This document shows, piece after piece, positions 55,545 to 63,887 of a stretch of DNA of 64,000 bases. The DNA lies in the NCBI GenBank assembly GCA_964474045.1, contig CAYYRC010000006.1, positions 33,262 through 97,261 of the forward strand, written 5' to 3'. The notes beneath the pieces were generated by a model. It was given only the letters and a program-made list of their open reading frames with translations, had not been told where the DNA came from and did not search any database. The position numbers and the translations under genes are program-made. Every line of letters begins with the position of its first letter. The stretch's first letter is position 1. This DNA is from an uncultured Actinomycetes bacterium (lineage in GTDB: Bacteria > Actinomycetota > Actinomycetes > S36-B12 > UBA10799).

Positions 55545-57041
55545 ATGGACACCATGGACTTGGCGAGTACGTCTGCCGACGGCGAGGACACGGACGGAGT
55601 GCGGCCCGACCCGCACGGTTCGTCACCATCCGGGAGCGGGACGATCCCCGGGGTCAGCACGGATCGGCGCAGGTGGAGCTGGCGGAAAGCCGCGGGGACT
55701 GCCGTGGCCGCGCTGCCGCTGTTGGCGTTGACGGCCTGCGGAGTCGACGGTAACGCTGCGTCGGCGAGCACCGCGCCGGCCGCGGCCTCATCAGCGCCGC
55801 CCGCCGCCACCGCCGCCGCTGCCGCGGCGTCCAAAGGCGCCCAGGCGGCCCAGTACGCCTGGGTCCAGCTCATCGACGGCGGCCGGGTGTCGGTCCGGGC
55901 GGTCTCGTCGGGAGCCTCGTGCCCGACCATCACGGTCAACGGCTCCGCATCGGCCATGCCGGTCAGGGCCGCAGCAGGGGGCGCCGACTTCCCGGTCGCG
56001 GTGTGCGAGCAGGTGCTGACAGCGCCGGCCACCTCCATCGACGTCGCCGGCATCAAGCTGCCGATTCCGCTGGCCAAAGGTGCCCCGCTGGATCGGCTGG
56101 CGATCCTCGGCGACTCCGGTTGCCGACTCGAACCCCCCAAGCCGATGCAGGATTGCAACAACTCGAACGGCTGGCCGGCCCATGAGGTGTCGGCGGAGGT
56201 GGCCACGCGCAACCCGGCGCTGATCATCCACACCGGCGACTACTACTACCGAATGGTCCAGTGCCCGGCGGCCGACCAGGCCAAGTGCGGCGGCAGCCCC
56301 CACGGACCCACGTGGGACACGCTGGAGGCCGACTTCTTCGAGCCCTATAAGTCGTCGTTGGGAGTGGCTCCCTGGATCTTCTTGCGCGGCAACCACGAGA
56401 CCTGCCAGATGGCGGGCGACGCCTTCCTCAGGCTCTTCGCCGCCGGACCCTACACGCCCGGTGCCTGCAGCAACTTCCTGCCGCCCTACGCGGTGGACGC
56501 CGGCGACCAGCGCTTCGTGGTGTTCGACGACTCCGACGCCGCGGACGACAAGGTCGACGCGGCCCAGGTGAGCACGTATACGCCGCTGATGCAGTCGGCG
56601 CTGGCGCTAGCCGCGGCCGGACCGCAGCCGACCTCGTTTCTGCTGCTGCACCGTCCGATCTGGCTGGAGGAACCTGCCGGGAAGAACACCGAGACGATCA
56701 ACCTGACCATGCAGGAGGTGGCCAACAAGGTGGGTGACACCCTTCCCGGGGTCGAGATGGTGGTGTCCGGGCATATCCACGGACTGGGCTACTTCTCGTT
56801 CGCCCACCGGCCCACTCAGGTTATCTCCGGCGGCGGCGGCGCGGAGAAACTGAGCAAGGACGCCGACTTCGCGGGAACCTCGATCGCCGGCGCCCAGGTT
56901 GCGCAGGGCCTGCTCAAGTCGGACTACGGCTACACGATGGTCAAGAAGCAGCAGCAGGGCTGGTCGGTGGACTTCGAGACGGTCGGCGGCGGTGCGACGC
57001 TGAAGTGCACCGAGGTCAACCGGTTCCTGAAGTGCTTGTGA
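55545..57041 (+). CDS. Lipoprotein metallophosphoesterase (calcineurin-like)
   Basis: RRWSWRKAAGTAVAALPLLALTACG signal and lipobox. ILGDSG, IIHTGDYYY, LRGNHE and SGHIHG motifs. The start is uncertain: 55446, 55545, 55554 or GTG 55599. Confidence 0.75.
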   Translation: MDTMDLASTSADGEDTDGVRPDPHGSSPSGSGTIPGVSTDRRRWSWRKAAGTAVAALPLLALTACGVDGNAASASTAPAAASSAPPAATAAAAAASKGAQAAQYAWVQLIDGGRVSVRAVSSGASCPTITVNGSASAMPVRAAAGGADFPVAVCEQVLTAPATSIDVAGIKLPIPLAKGAPLDRLAILGDSGCRLEPPKPMQDCNNSNGWPAHEVSAEVATRNPALIIHTGDYYYRMVQCPAADQAKCGGSPHGPTWDTLEADFFEPYKSSLGVAPWIFLRGNHETCQMAGDAFLRLFAAGPYTPGACSNFLPPYAVDAGDQRFVVFDDSDAADDKVDAAQVSTYTPLMQSALALAAAGPQPTSFLLLHRPIWLEEPAGKNTETINLTMQEVANKVGDTLPGVEMVVSGHIHGLGYFSFAHRPTQVISGGGGAEKLSKDADFAGTSIAGAQVAQGLLKSDYGYTMVKKQQQGWSVDFETVGGGATLKCTEVNRFLKCL

Positions 57042-58473
57042 TGAACACCTCGGCGAGTTCGTCGGCGCTCAGCGGCGCGTAGCCGGCGAGTTGCCCGGCC
57101 AGCACCGTGAGGTCGGCCTCGGAGGCGTCCGGACCCCGGGTGCGAATCCGCCGTTGGAGCTCCGACAACGGGGCCTGGCAGTGCAGGATGCGAAAGTCGG
57201 CGCCGGCGCGCTGAGCAACGGCCCGCATCAGGTCGCGCTGCCCGGGTTCCAGGAAGGTGGCATCCGCCACGACCGACCACCCCGACGCCAGCAGCACCTC
57301 CGACATCTGCGCCAGCCGCCAGTAGGTGTCGGCGGTGGCGGACTCCGAGTAGATGCCCTGATGATGCGGCGAACGGCTGTCCTCGTGCGGGTTCAGGCCG
57401 TGCAGCCGCTTGCGCTCGACATCCGAACGCAGCATCACGGTCGCCGCGCGGGGGTCCGCGAGGATCAGCTGTCTGGCGGCCGTGGACTTCCCCGACCCGG
57501 AGAGCCCGTGAGTGATGACGAGTCGCCGACGCACCGGCGCAGCCAGGTCGGCGGCGATGGCGAGGTAGCGCTCGGCGTCGGAGGCACGATGCTCGAAGCC
57601 GGACACCATCGCGCGGACCAGCGCCCGGTAGCAGCCGTAATAGCGCACGAGCGACACCGCCTCGGCATCGCCGCGCAGGGTGAGCCACTCATCGATCAAG
57701 GTGCTGGCTAGCGCCGGCTGGCCGTGGTCGAGCAGGCCGATGTAGGGGAACGCGAGCTCGTTGGCCACATCCAGCCAGCGCAGCTCGTCGCTGAACTCGA
57801 TGCCGTCAAAGGGGGTGACGACGCCGTCGAGCAGCAGCAGATTGGCCAGGTGCAGGTCGCCGTGGCCCTCCCGGATCAAGCCCGACTCCAGCCGTCGCTG
57901 CAGCAGCGGGGCCAGCCGGTCGTGCTCGCGCGTCAGCCAGGCCGCGATCGGGGGGAGCCTCGGGTCATCGGCTGCCCCTGACTCCGCGGCCGTAGCCAGG
58001 GTGGTCGCCACCCGGCGACCGATCGTGGCGGGGGAGCCCAATGGGCCGTCGGGCGCCGCGGATGGCGCATGCTCGTGCAGCGCGACGACGGTCGACACCA
58101 AGTCGGCGATGTGGGCCGGGCGAAGGTCGCCCCGCCGGCAGACATGGTCGAGCCGATCCGCCTCGTCGAACCGGTTCATCACCACGGCCGGTTCGTCGGT
58201 CGGACCGAACGTGCCCACCTCCCGGTAGAGCGCCGGGGCGAAGCGGGAGTTCAGCCGCAGTTCCTCCTCGCAGAAGTACCGGCGCCGGGCCTCAGTGCTG
58301 TAGTCCAGGAACTCGAAGCGCACCGGCCGCTTGAACTTGTAGACGGTGTCCTCGGTCAGCAGCAGCCACGAGATGTTCGTCTCGATGAACTCGGCGGACC
58401 ACTGGGCGCGCAGCTCGGTCAGCCAAAGCGGCAGCCGGGCCTCGTCTGGGGTTGCCTGCTGCTGACGGGTCAC
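57016..58473 (-). CDS. Fusion of APH/ChoK-like kinase domain and P-loop (AAA_33-like) kinase domain
   Basis: GHGDLHLANLLLL and FDGIEF in the N-terminal half. ITHGLSGSGKST Walker A in the C-terminal half. Confidence 0.8.
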   Translation of the reverse strand: MTRQQQATPDEARLPLWLTELRAQWSAEFIETNISWLLLTEDTVYKFKRPVRFEFLDYSTEARRRYFCEEELRLNSRFAPALYREVGTFGPTDEPAVVMNRFDEADRLDHVCRRGDLRPAHIADLVSTVVALHEHAPSAAPDGPLGSPATIGRRVATTLATAAESGAADDPRLPPIAAWLTREHDRLAPLLQRRLESGLIREGHGDLHLANLLLLDGVVTPFDGIEFSDELRWLDVANELAFPYIGLLDHGQPALASTLIDEWLTLRGDAEAVSLVRYYGCYRALVRAMVSGFEHRASDAERYLAIAADLAAPVRRRLVITHGLSGSGKSTAARQLILADPRAATVMLRSDVERKRLHGLNPHEDSRSPHHQGIYSESATADTYWRLAQMSEVLLASGWSVVADATFLEPGQRDLMRAVAQRAGADFRILHCQAPLSELQRRIRTRGPDASEADLTVLAGQLAGYAPLSADELAEVFITSTSGTG

Positions 58474-58663
58474 CCCTCCATCTCACCACCGGGGTGTGGC
58501 CCCGGGTGCGCGGGCCCGATCCCGCTGTTGTGCGGGGCGGGGGCGAACCGCGGGCGGCTGGAACCCCTGCCCGCTTCGGTGGTGGCGGACTCACCGGCGG
58601 CCTCTGTGGTCGCAGGTCCAGGCCACGCTTGGGCAGGTGCTTCCGGCGTCGATCGCTAGGCGG

Positions 58664-58722
58664 GACAGGCTTGTGCCCAAAGACCGTCTGCCGGTGGTTG
58701 TTTTCGGGCACAAACTCGACGC
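58664..58722. repeat. Long-hairpin repeat copy C (sequence-similar to copy A including flanks gacagg..gacgcg)
   Basis: GCTTGTGCCCAAAGAC / GTTTTCGGGCACAAAC arms. It starts 8 nt after the NERD gene stop on the minus strand. Confidence 0.8.
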
Positions 58723-58729
58723 GGGGCGT

Positions 58730-59419
58730 CTACCGGGCCGATGGCCCCGGCGGCGGCAGGTCCACCGGCTGAGCATCGGGGAACCACGACCGCGCGTAGC
58801 GAAGGCACTCGTGCAACAACTCGACCTCGGCTGCGCTGTAGATCGGGTGCAGCTGCGCGAAGTACGCGGGCACGTCCTCGCCGGCGAGCACCGTCACGCC
58901 GGGCGGGCGGCTCTTGATCCTCAGCCGGCCGTCGGGACCGACCAGGATGACGATCACCGGCAGCACCGTGACGTGCAGGCCGGAGGCGAACCGCAGCCGG
59001 TTGGTCGCCGTGTGCGCCTCTTCCTTGGCCTGGTGCGCGTAGTCCTTGGGATATCGACCGACCCAGATCGTGTCGGCTTTGACGTCCACCCGCTGCCCGG
59101 CGTGGTGCTTGGTGTTGATCGTGAAGACCCCCGGCGGACCGACGAGGACATGGTCGATGTCGCCGCCGTACTCGGTCACCTGGACGGAGTTCAGGACGCG
59201 CCAGGCAGTCCGGGTGAGCGGCTCCAGGCGGGCGGCGACGTCCTGCTCGCCAAGGATGCCCTTGGCGTAGGAGTTCGGTTGGGGCGGTTCGGCCGGGTCG
59301 GCAGGGTCGCCCCACTTCGCGAGCTGGCGCAGGCCCTGCCCGGCCTCGTGGGCGGCGAGGTCCTCGTCGGGATCTACCGGCTTGCGGTAGGGCCGCCACG
59401 TCCCCTTGCCTCGTGCCAT
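58730..59419 (-). CDS. NERD-domain protein (stand-alone)
   Basis: GGDIDHVLVGPPGVFTINTKHHAG core. Start taken at MARGKGTW (59419). Confidence 0.75.
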   Translation of the reverse strand: MARGKGTWRPYRKPVDPDEDLAAHEAGQGLRQLAKWGDPADPAEPPQPNSYAKGILGEQDVAARLEPLTRTAWRVLNSVQVTEYGGDIDHVLVGPPGVFTINTKHHAGQRVDVKADTIWVGRYPKDYAHQAKEEAHTATNRLRFASGLHVTVLPVIVILVGPDGRLRIKSRPPGVTVLAGEDVPAYFAQLHPIYSAAEVELLHECLRYARSWFPDAQPVDLPPPGPSAR

Positions 59420-59742
59420 TGGAACCCCTCCCCACGTGCCGGTGCCGCAGCCATCGGACTCGCGTCGGAGCCTGCCTGCGGTGGAACTCGGCTGAGGATC
59501 GTCACTTCGTGAGTCGGCCTGGGGGCGGTTGCGCCAATTGGGTGAGCGACTTCGATCGGACCGGGTCGCGTCCAACATCCACCTCGTCCAGATTCCAGCC
59601 GGCTACCGAGGCAGGCGGCGGCGCGAGGCTTGGCGCGGCACTCGTTGGACGCCCAGCGGCACTTGCCGGACGACCGTCGGAAGCACATCGTCAGGCGCCT
59701 GGGCAGGTGTGGACGACGCTGGGACGGGCACGAAGTTCGACG

Positions 59743-59748
59743 TAGCAT
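59743..59748 (+). promoter_or_regulatory. Possible -10 hexamer TAGCAT, 6 nt upstream of ATG 59755 (leaderless transcript?)
   Basis: TANNNT pattern, with no RBS between it and the ATG. Confidence 0.3.
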
Positions 59749-59754
59749 GACGCC

Positions 59755-60048
59755 ATGACCACCGACTTCGTCGCCTACGACGATCTGCCGCGGGCCGACG
59801 AGGAGTCGCTCCGAGCTCGCGCTTCCGAGTTGATCGCACTTGCCGAGGGCTTGGGTTTGACGAACCTGCGATATGCGTCGAGCAACCGCATCGTCGTGAC
59901 GCTCACCGAGCACGTGGAGACCTTGGGGGAGTATCGCTTCGCCGAGAAGGCGAGCTACCTTCTGGGACTTCAGGTCCGCGTCTACGATGACGCGGTGCTG
60001 AGAAACCCGGGCGTCAGCCCGGACCTGCTGGCGGCAACGCCGCTGTAG
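59755..60048 (+). CDS. MNT-like (minimal nucleotidyltransferase-related) putative antitoxin lacking the GS..DxD catalytic signature
   Basis: 97 aa, 10 nt upstream of a DUF86 gene. The C-terminal LLGLQVRVYDDAVL resembles the MNT C-terminus. No GS..DxD motif was found. Confidence 0.5.
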   Translation: MTTDFVAYDDLPRADEESLRARASELIALAEGLGLTNLRYASSNRIVVTLTEHVETLGEYRFAEKASYLLGLQVRVYDDAVLRNPGVSPDLLAATPL

Positions 60049-60058
60049 GCCTGGGCGG

Positions 60059-60409
60059 ATGGATCGCGAGTACACGCGCCAGGAGTTGCTGGTCGAGGTC
60101 GTCGCCGCAGCCAGCAGGCTGCGCGAGCTCGGCGCCCGCGGGGACCTGCGGCGCTTCACCGATGACGAGGTCTTCCGCTTCGCACTGGCGTACCTGTGGT
60201 TGCGGCTTGCGGAACCCGCGTGTCAACTCGTCACGCGGCGCCTGGTCGGTGAGATGTCGATGGCCGTCTGGTCTGGCCTATGCCCCATCCGAAACGCCCT
60301 CGCGCACGAACGAGACGAGGACATCAACTACCAGCGGCTGTGGGTCAATGTGCCCGCCGCGGTCGAGGCGTCGCTTGGCGAGGCGGATCGGCTGCTGGCT
60401 TCGACCTGA
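60059..60409 (+). CDS. HEPN-domain protein (DUF86/HepT-like) putative toxin
   Basis: Rx4H motif in CPIRNALAHERDEDINYQRLW. 116 aa. Confidence 0.7.
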   Translation: MDREYTRQELLVEVVAAASRLRELGARGDLRRFTDDEVFRFALAYLWLRLAEPACQLVTRRLVGEMSMAVWSGLCPIRNALAHERDEDINYQRLWVNVPAAVEASLGEADRLLAST

Positions 60410-60432
60410 GGGTGTCAGGCGAAGGTCGGCTC

Positions 60433-60462
60433 GGCCAGCGGCGATCTGACTGCCCGCTGGCC
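60433..60462 (+). terminator. Hairpin GGCCAGCGG-N12-CCGCTGGCC, 24 nt after the HEPN gene stop
   Basis: 9-bp perfect inverted repeat read directly. Confidence 0.45.
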
Positions 60463-60600
60463 AAGGAACTTGCAGCCACCCAGCCCAGCCAAGTTGAGCC
60501 GAGTTGCCGACGCTCGCCCGACCTGTGCGACAGGCGATCCTGCCCTTCGCATCGTCGTTCCGGCGCCTGAGGCCGGCGCAACCCCCACTCGGGTCACCCC

Positions 60601-61794
60601 ATGGCGATACTGAATCCCGTGACGCGCCGGCTGATCTTCCTGACGTGCTCAGTGCTGCTGCTGGAGTCGTTCTTCTCGGCTGTGCTCACCCCGATGGTGC
60701 CGGCGTTCCGGCAGGAGCTGGGACTGTCTGAGGGGGCCACCGGAATCCTCGTGGCCGCCTATGCCGCCGGGTCGCTGATCTTCTCGATGCCCGCGGGGTG
60801 GTTCGCGTCGCGCTACAACCCGCGGACGGCGGTCGTCGTGGGGCTGCTTGGCGTCGGGTTGTCCAGCGTCGCCTTCGGCTGGGCCGGGCACGCCACCATG
60901 CTCGAGGCGAGCCGGTTCCTCCTGGGTGCCTTCGGTGCCTTGATGTGGGCCGGCGGTATGAGTTGGACCATCTCGGCGGCCGGGGTGGACGGCCGGGGAC
61001 AGGTCATGGGGACGCTGCTGGCCGCCGCGGTAGCCGGCGAACTGATCGGCTCACCCGTCGGGGCGGTGGCCGACCATCTCGGCACGGAGTATGTGTTCAC
61101 CGGGCTGTTGGTGCTGTCGATCCTGCTGGCCGGTCTGGCCCGGACCGTACCGCCCGTCGCCGAGGAGGCCGGCCAGACCGCGCGCGAGGCGCTGTCGGCC
61201 GTGCGGGAGGCGGGGGTGACGCGGTGGGTCTTCGCCCTCGTGGCCGTTGTGGGGCCGTCAATCGCGCTCGGATCAGTGCTCGTGATCGTGCCGCTGCGGG
61301 TGGAGGCGCTTGGCCTGTCGTCGTGGATTCTGGCCGCCGGTCTACTGGGGATGTCCGTGGTGGAGATGGTCACGGGTCCCCTGGCCGGGCGCTGGAGCGA
61401 TCGCGTGGGGCGCAAGACGCCGTTCCTCATCGGGCTGGCGATCATGGCGCCTTGTGTCGTGGCGTTCGCGGTGATCCCCGCCTTCGCCGGGATCGCCGCG
61501 GTCTTGGCTGTCTACGCGGTGGGGTCGGCGTTCGCGTTCACCACCTCGATGACCTCTCTGGCCGACCTGGCTACTCGCGCCGGACTCAACCAGGGGTACT
61601 CATCAGCCACGTCGTCCATCGGCTGGGCGGGGGGTTTGATCGTTGGCGCCCTCGTCGGCGGCGCCATCGTGGGGCGCGTCGGGTACCTGGCGGGGGGACT
61701 GGCGGTGGCGGGGCTGCTGGGGGCCGTGGGGGTGGTGACCTATCGGGTGGCTGCAGGCGACAGGAACGTGGGGGCGGTGGCGCGGGAGGGGTGA
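60601..61794 (+). CDS. MFS transporter (12-TMS)
   Basis: 397 aa polytopic protein. The GRWSDRVGRK loop motif is typical of MFS proteins. Confidence 0.85.
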   Translation: MAILNPVTRRLIFLTCSVLLLESFFSAVLTPMVPAFRQELGLSEGATGILVAAYAAGSLIFSMPAGWFASRYNPRTAVVVGLLGVGLSSVAFGWAGHATMLEASRFLLGAFGALMWAGGMSWTISAAGVDGRGQVMGTLLAAAVAGELIGSPVGAVADHLGTEYVFTGLLVLSILLAGLARTVPPVAEEAGQTAREALSAVREAGVTRWVFALVAVVGPSIALGSVLVIVPLRVEALGLSSWILAAGLLGMSVVEMVTGPLAGRWSDRVGRKTPFLIGLAIMAPCVVAFAVIPAFAGIAAVLAVYAVGSAFAFTTSMTSLADLATRAGLNQGYSSATSSIGWAGGLIVGALVGGAIVGRVGYLAGGLAVAGLLGAVGVVTYRVAAGDRNVGAVAREG

Positions 61795-62047
61795 TCGTGC
61801 TGGGCCGGATTGGCTTCGGCCGTGCCTCGACTCCGCCCGACTCGTCATCCTCGCGTATCCCACCATCGCGAGAGGTGAGCCGCACTCCGCGGGTAGCTCG
61901 TACTCGGCGGAGGACCGCGCCAAACCCCCAACCCACAATTGGCCGGGTCGCGGCGCTGGGAAATTCGCGGCTGCGGCCGCAACCGGCTCAGGTTTCGGTA
62001 GATTCGCCCGTAGCCGCCTCGCACCTTTCACGGAGAGGATTCCGGCC

Positions 62048-63736
62048 TTGGCCCGCATGATTCCGCCGGTTGTGGATGGCGATGCCCCGCCTGGTGAGAG
62101 GCGGCTATACGAACTCCTGGCGACAGCTTCCGATACAGACGACTGGATTGCCATTCACGGGCTTCACCTTGCGGACCATCCCAACCAGCAGCGTGGCGAG
62201 ACCGACTTCGTCGTGATCGCCCCAGAGCGCGGGGTGCTGGTGATCGAGGTCAAATCGCATCGGTCGGTACGACGTGACAAACGAGGAATGTGGTTGCTCG
62301 GATCCCAGGCACCCACTGATCGCAGCCCGTTTGACCAGGCTGACGACGAGATGTTCGCGATCAAGACGTACCTTGCACAGAGGATGGGGCTCAGTACGAC
62401 CCACATCGAATCCTGCGTTTGGTTCACCCACGCGCCAGCCAGGCGTGAGTTCGTCGACGCGATCGAGTGGAGCCCGTGGCGCCTGCTCGATTCGGGGGAT
62501 CTGGTGGACGTGCCGGGGAGGATCGCGCACGTGCTTGCCGAGGGGCGTGAGCATCGGGCCAAGGCCGGACATTCCTGGCCTGCCGTGGTCGGCCCGGACA
62601 GGGCCACTGCGGAGAAGATCGTCTCGGTGCTGAAGCCTGCCATGCATGCTCAGCCCAGGCCCGCGGACCTCCGGCGGGAACGGGCCAACGAGCTCGCCCG
62701 ACTGCTTGAGGAGCAGGCGGAGGTCCTCGATGGTCTGTTGGAGAACGACCAGGTCCTGGTCACGGGTCCGGCCGGCTGTGGGAAGACCTTCCTGGCACTG
62801 GCCGCAGCGCGAAGGGAAGCTGAGAACGGCAAGCGTGGTCTGCTGGTCTGCTACAACCATGCGATTTGTGACTTCCTCGAGGAACAGGCTGATGGTATCT
62901 CCGGCCTCAGGGTGGCGACCCTCCATGAACTGATGCGCGAAGTTGCGGATGTCCCAGCGGGTGAGATCACGGATCGCGACTTCTGGGAGCAGGAGTTGCC
63001 CGCAGCGGCGTTGGAGGCGCTGCTGTATTCGGACGACGAACCGGTGGACTACCTGATAGTCGACGAGGCACAGGACATTTGCCGACCGAACTATCTCGAT
63101 GTACTCGACCTGGCGGTCAAGGGGGGACTTGCTCAGGGACGCTGCATGTTTTTTGGGGACCTCGATGACCAGGCTGTGTACATCGACTCGCCAAGGACAC
63201 ATCTGGAAGACGCCGCGGGTCGCGTTGCGAAGTACAAGCTGAAAGTCAACTGCCGGAACAATCCCGGTATCGCCCGCGCCGCTTCGGAATTCGGTGATGC
63301 CGTCAACCACTACTCGCGGTGTAGCCGCAGCGAAGGCGGCAGCACCCCGGCGGTCTTCGAGTACGCCACCATGCCGGAGCAACAGGAACTGCTCCTGAAC
63401 TCCGTCCAGGGTCTGCGCGAGGAGGGCTTTGACCTGCACGAGATTGTCGTTCTCAGCCGCTACCGCGAGCGCGCGGCCGCCGCGCAGGCGACGGATCCCT
63501 GGCTGAGGCAAGTATTGGTGGATTTCAGGCGTGGTGGCCAGATTCCCAAGGGACGCATCCGCTACTCGACGATACATTCATTCAAGGGTCTGGAAGCGCC
63601 CGCGATCATCCTGACGGACGTGACGGCGTCCGGGCGTGGTCCCTACTTCGATCTGCTGAACGTGGGCATCACCAGGGCTCGAGACCGCCTGGTGATTTTC
63701 GGGACGGCCGACGGCCTGCGGCAGCACCGAGGGTGA
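62048..63736 (+). CDS. NERD nuclease-like domain fused to SF1 (UvrD/PcrA-like) helicase/ATPase
   Basis: GETDFVVIAPERGVLVIEVKSH (D..ExK). Walker A TGPAGCGKT. YLIVDEAQDI. C-terminal STIHSFKGLEAPAIIL and NVGITRARDRLVIF. TTG start lies 9 nt after GGAGAGG. Confidence 0.8.
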   Translation: MARMIPPVVDGDAPPGERRLYELLATASDTDDWIAIHGLHLADHPNQQRGETDFVVIAPERGVLVIEVKSHRSVRRDKRGMWLLGSQAPTDRSPFDQADDEMFAIKTYLAQRMGLSTTHIESCVWFTHAPARREFVDAIEWSPWRLLDSGDLVDVPGRIAHVLAEGREHRAKAGHSWPAVVGPDRATAEKIVSVLKPAMHAQPRPADLRRERANELARLLEEQAEVLDGLLENDQVLVTGPAGCGKTFLALAAARREAENGKRGLLVCYNHAICDFLEEQADGISGLRVATLHELMREVADVPAGEITDRDFWEQELPAAALEALLYSDDEPVDYLIVDEAQDICRPNYLDVLDLAVKGGLAQGRCMFFGDLDDQAVYIDSPRTHLEDAAGRVAKYKLKVNCRNNPGIARAASEFGDAVNHYSRCSRSEGGSTPAVFEYATMPEQQELLLNSVQGLREEGFDLHEIVVLSRYRERAAAAQATDPWLRQVLVDFRRGGQIPKGRIRYSTIHSFKGLEAPAIILTDVTASGRGPYFDLLNVGITRARDRLVIFGTADGLRQHRG

Positions 63737-63887
63737 AGACCGCACATCGAAGTGCGCGAATGTAGTCGGTGGCGAACCAACCATCCGTAGGCTGCCCGGG
63801 TCAGGCGTAGATCCCCGGAATTGGTCTGATCCCGAGCCGCCAGACTGATGACGTGGCCGTTCTTGGCAGCCTGTGCGAAAGAGCCTC

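Noticed and set aside
59374-60159. 261-aa minus-strand ORF spanning the NERD-MNT intergenic region and both TA genes.
   Set aside because: It is antisense to the HEPN/MNT pair with alternative-frame composition. The plus-strand genes have the Rx4H motif and operon spacing.
61888-61920. gcgggtagctcgtactcggcggaggaccgcgc looked like a tRNA 5' fragment (GTAGCTC D-arm-like), possibly an integration-site remnant.
   Set aside because: It has no T-arm (GGTTCGAAT-like) or acceptor complement, and cannot be folded into a cloverleaf by eye. It is probably chance similarity.
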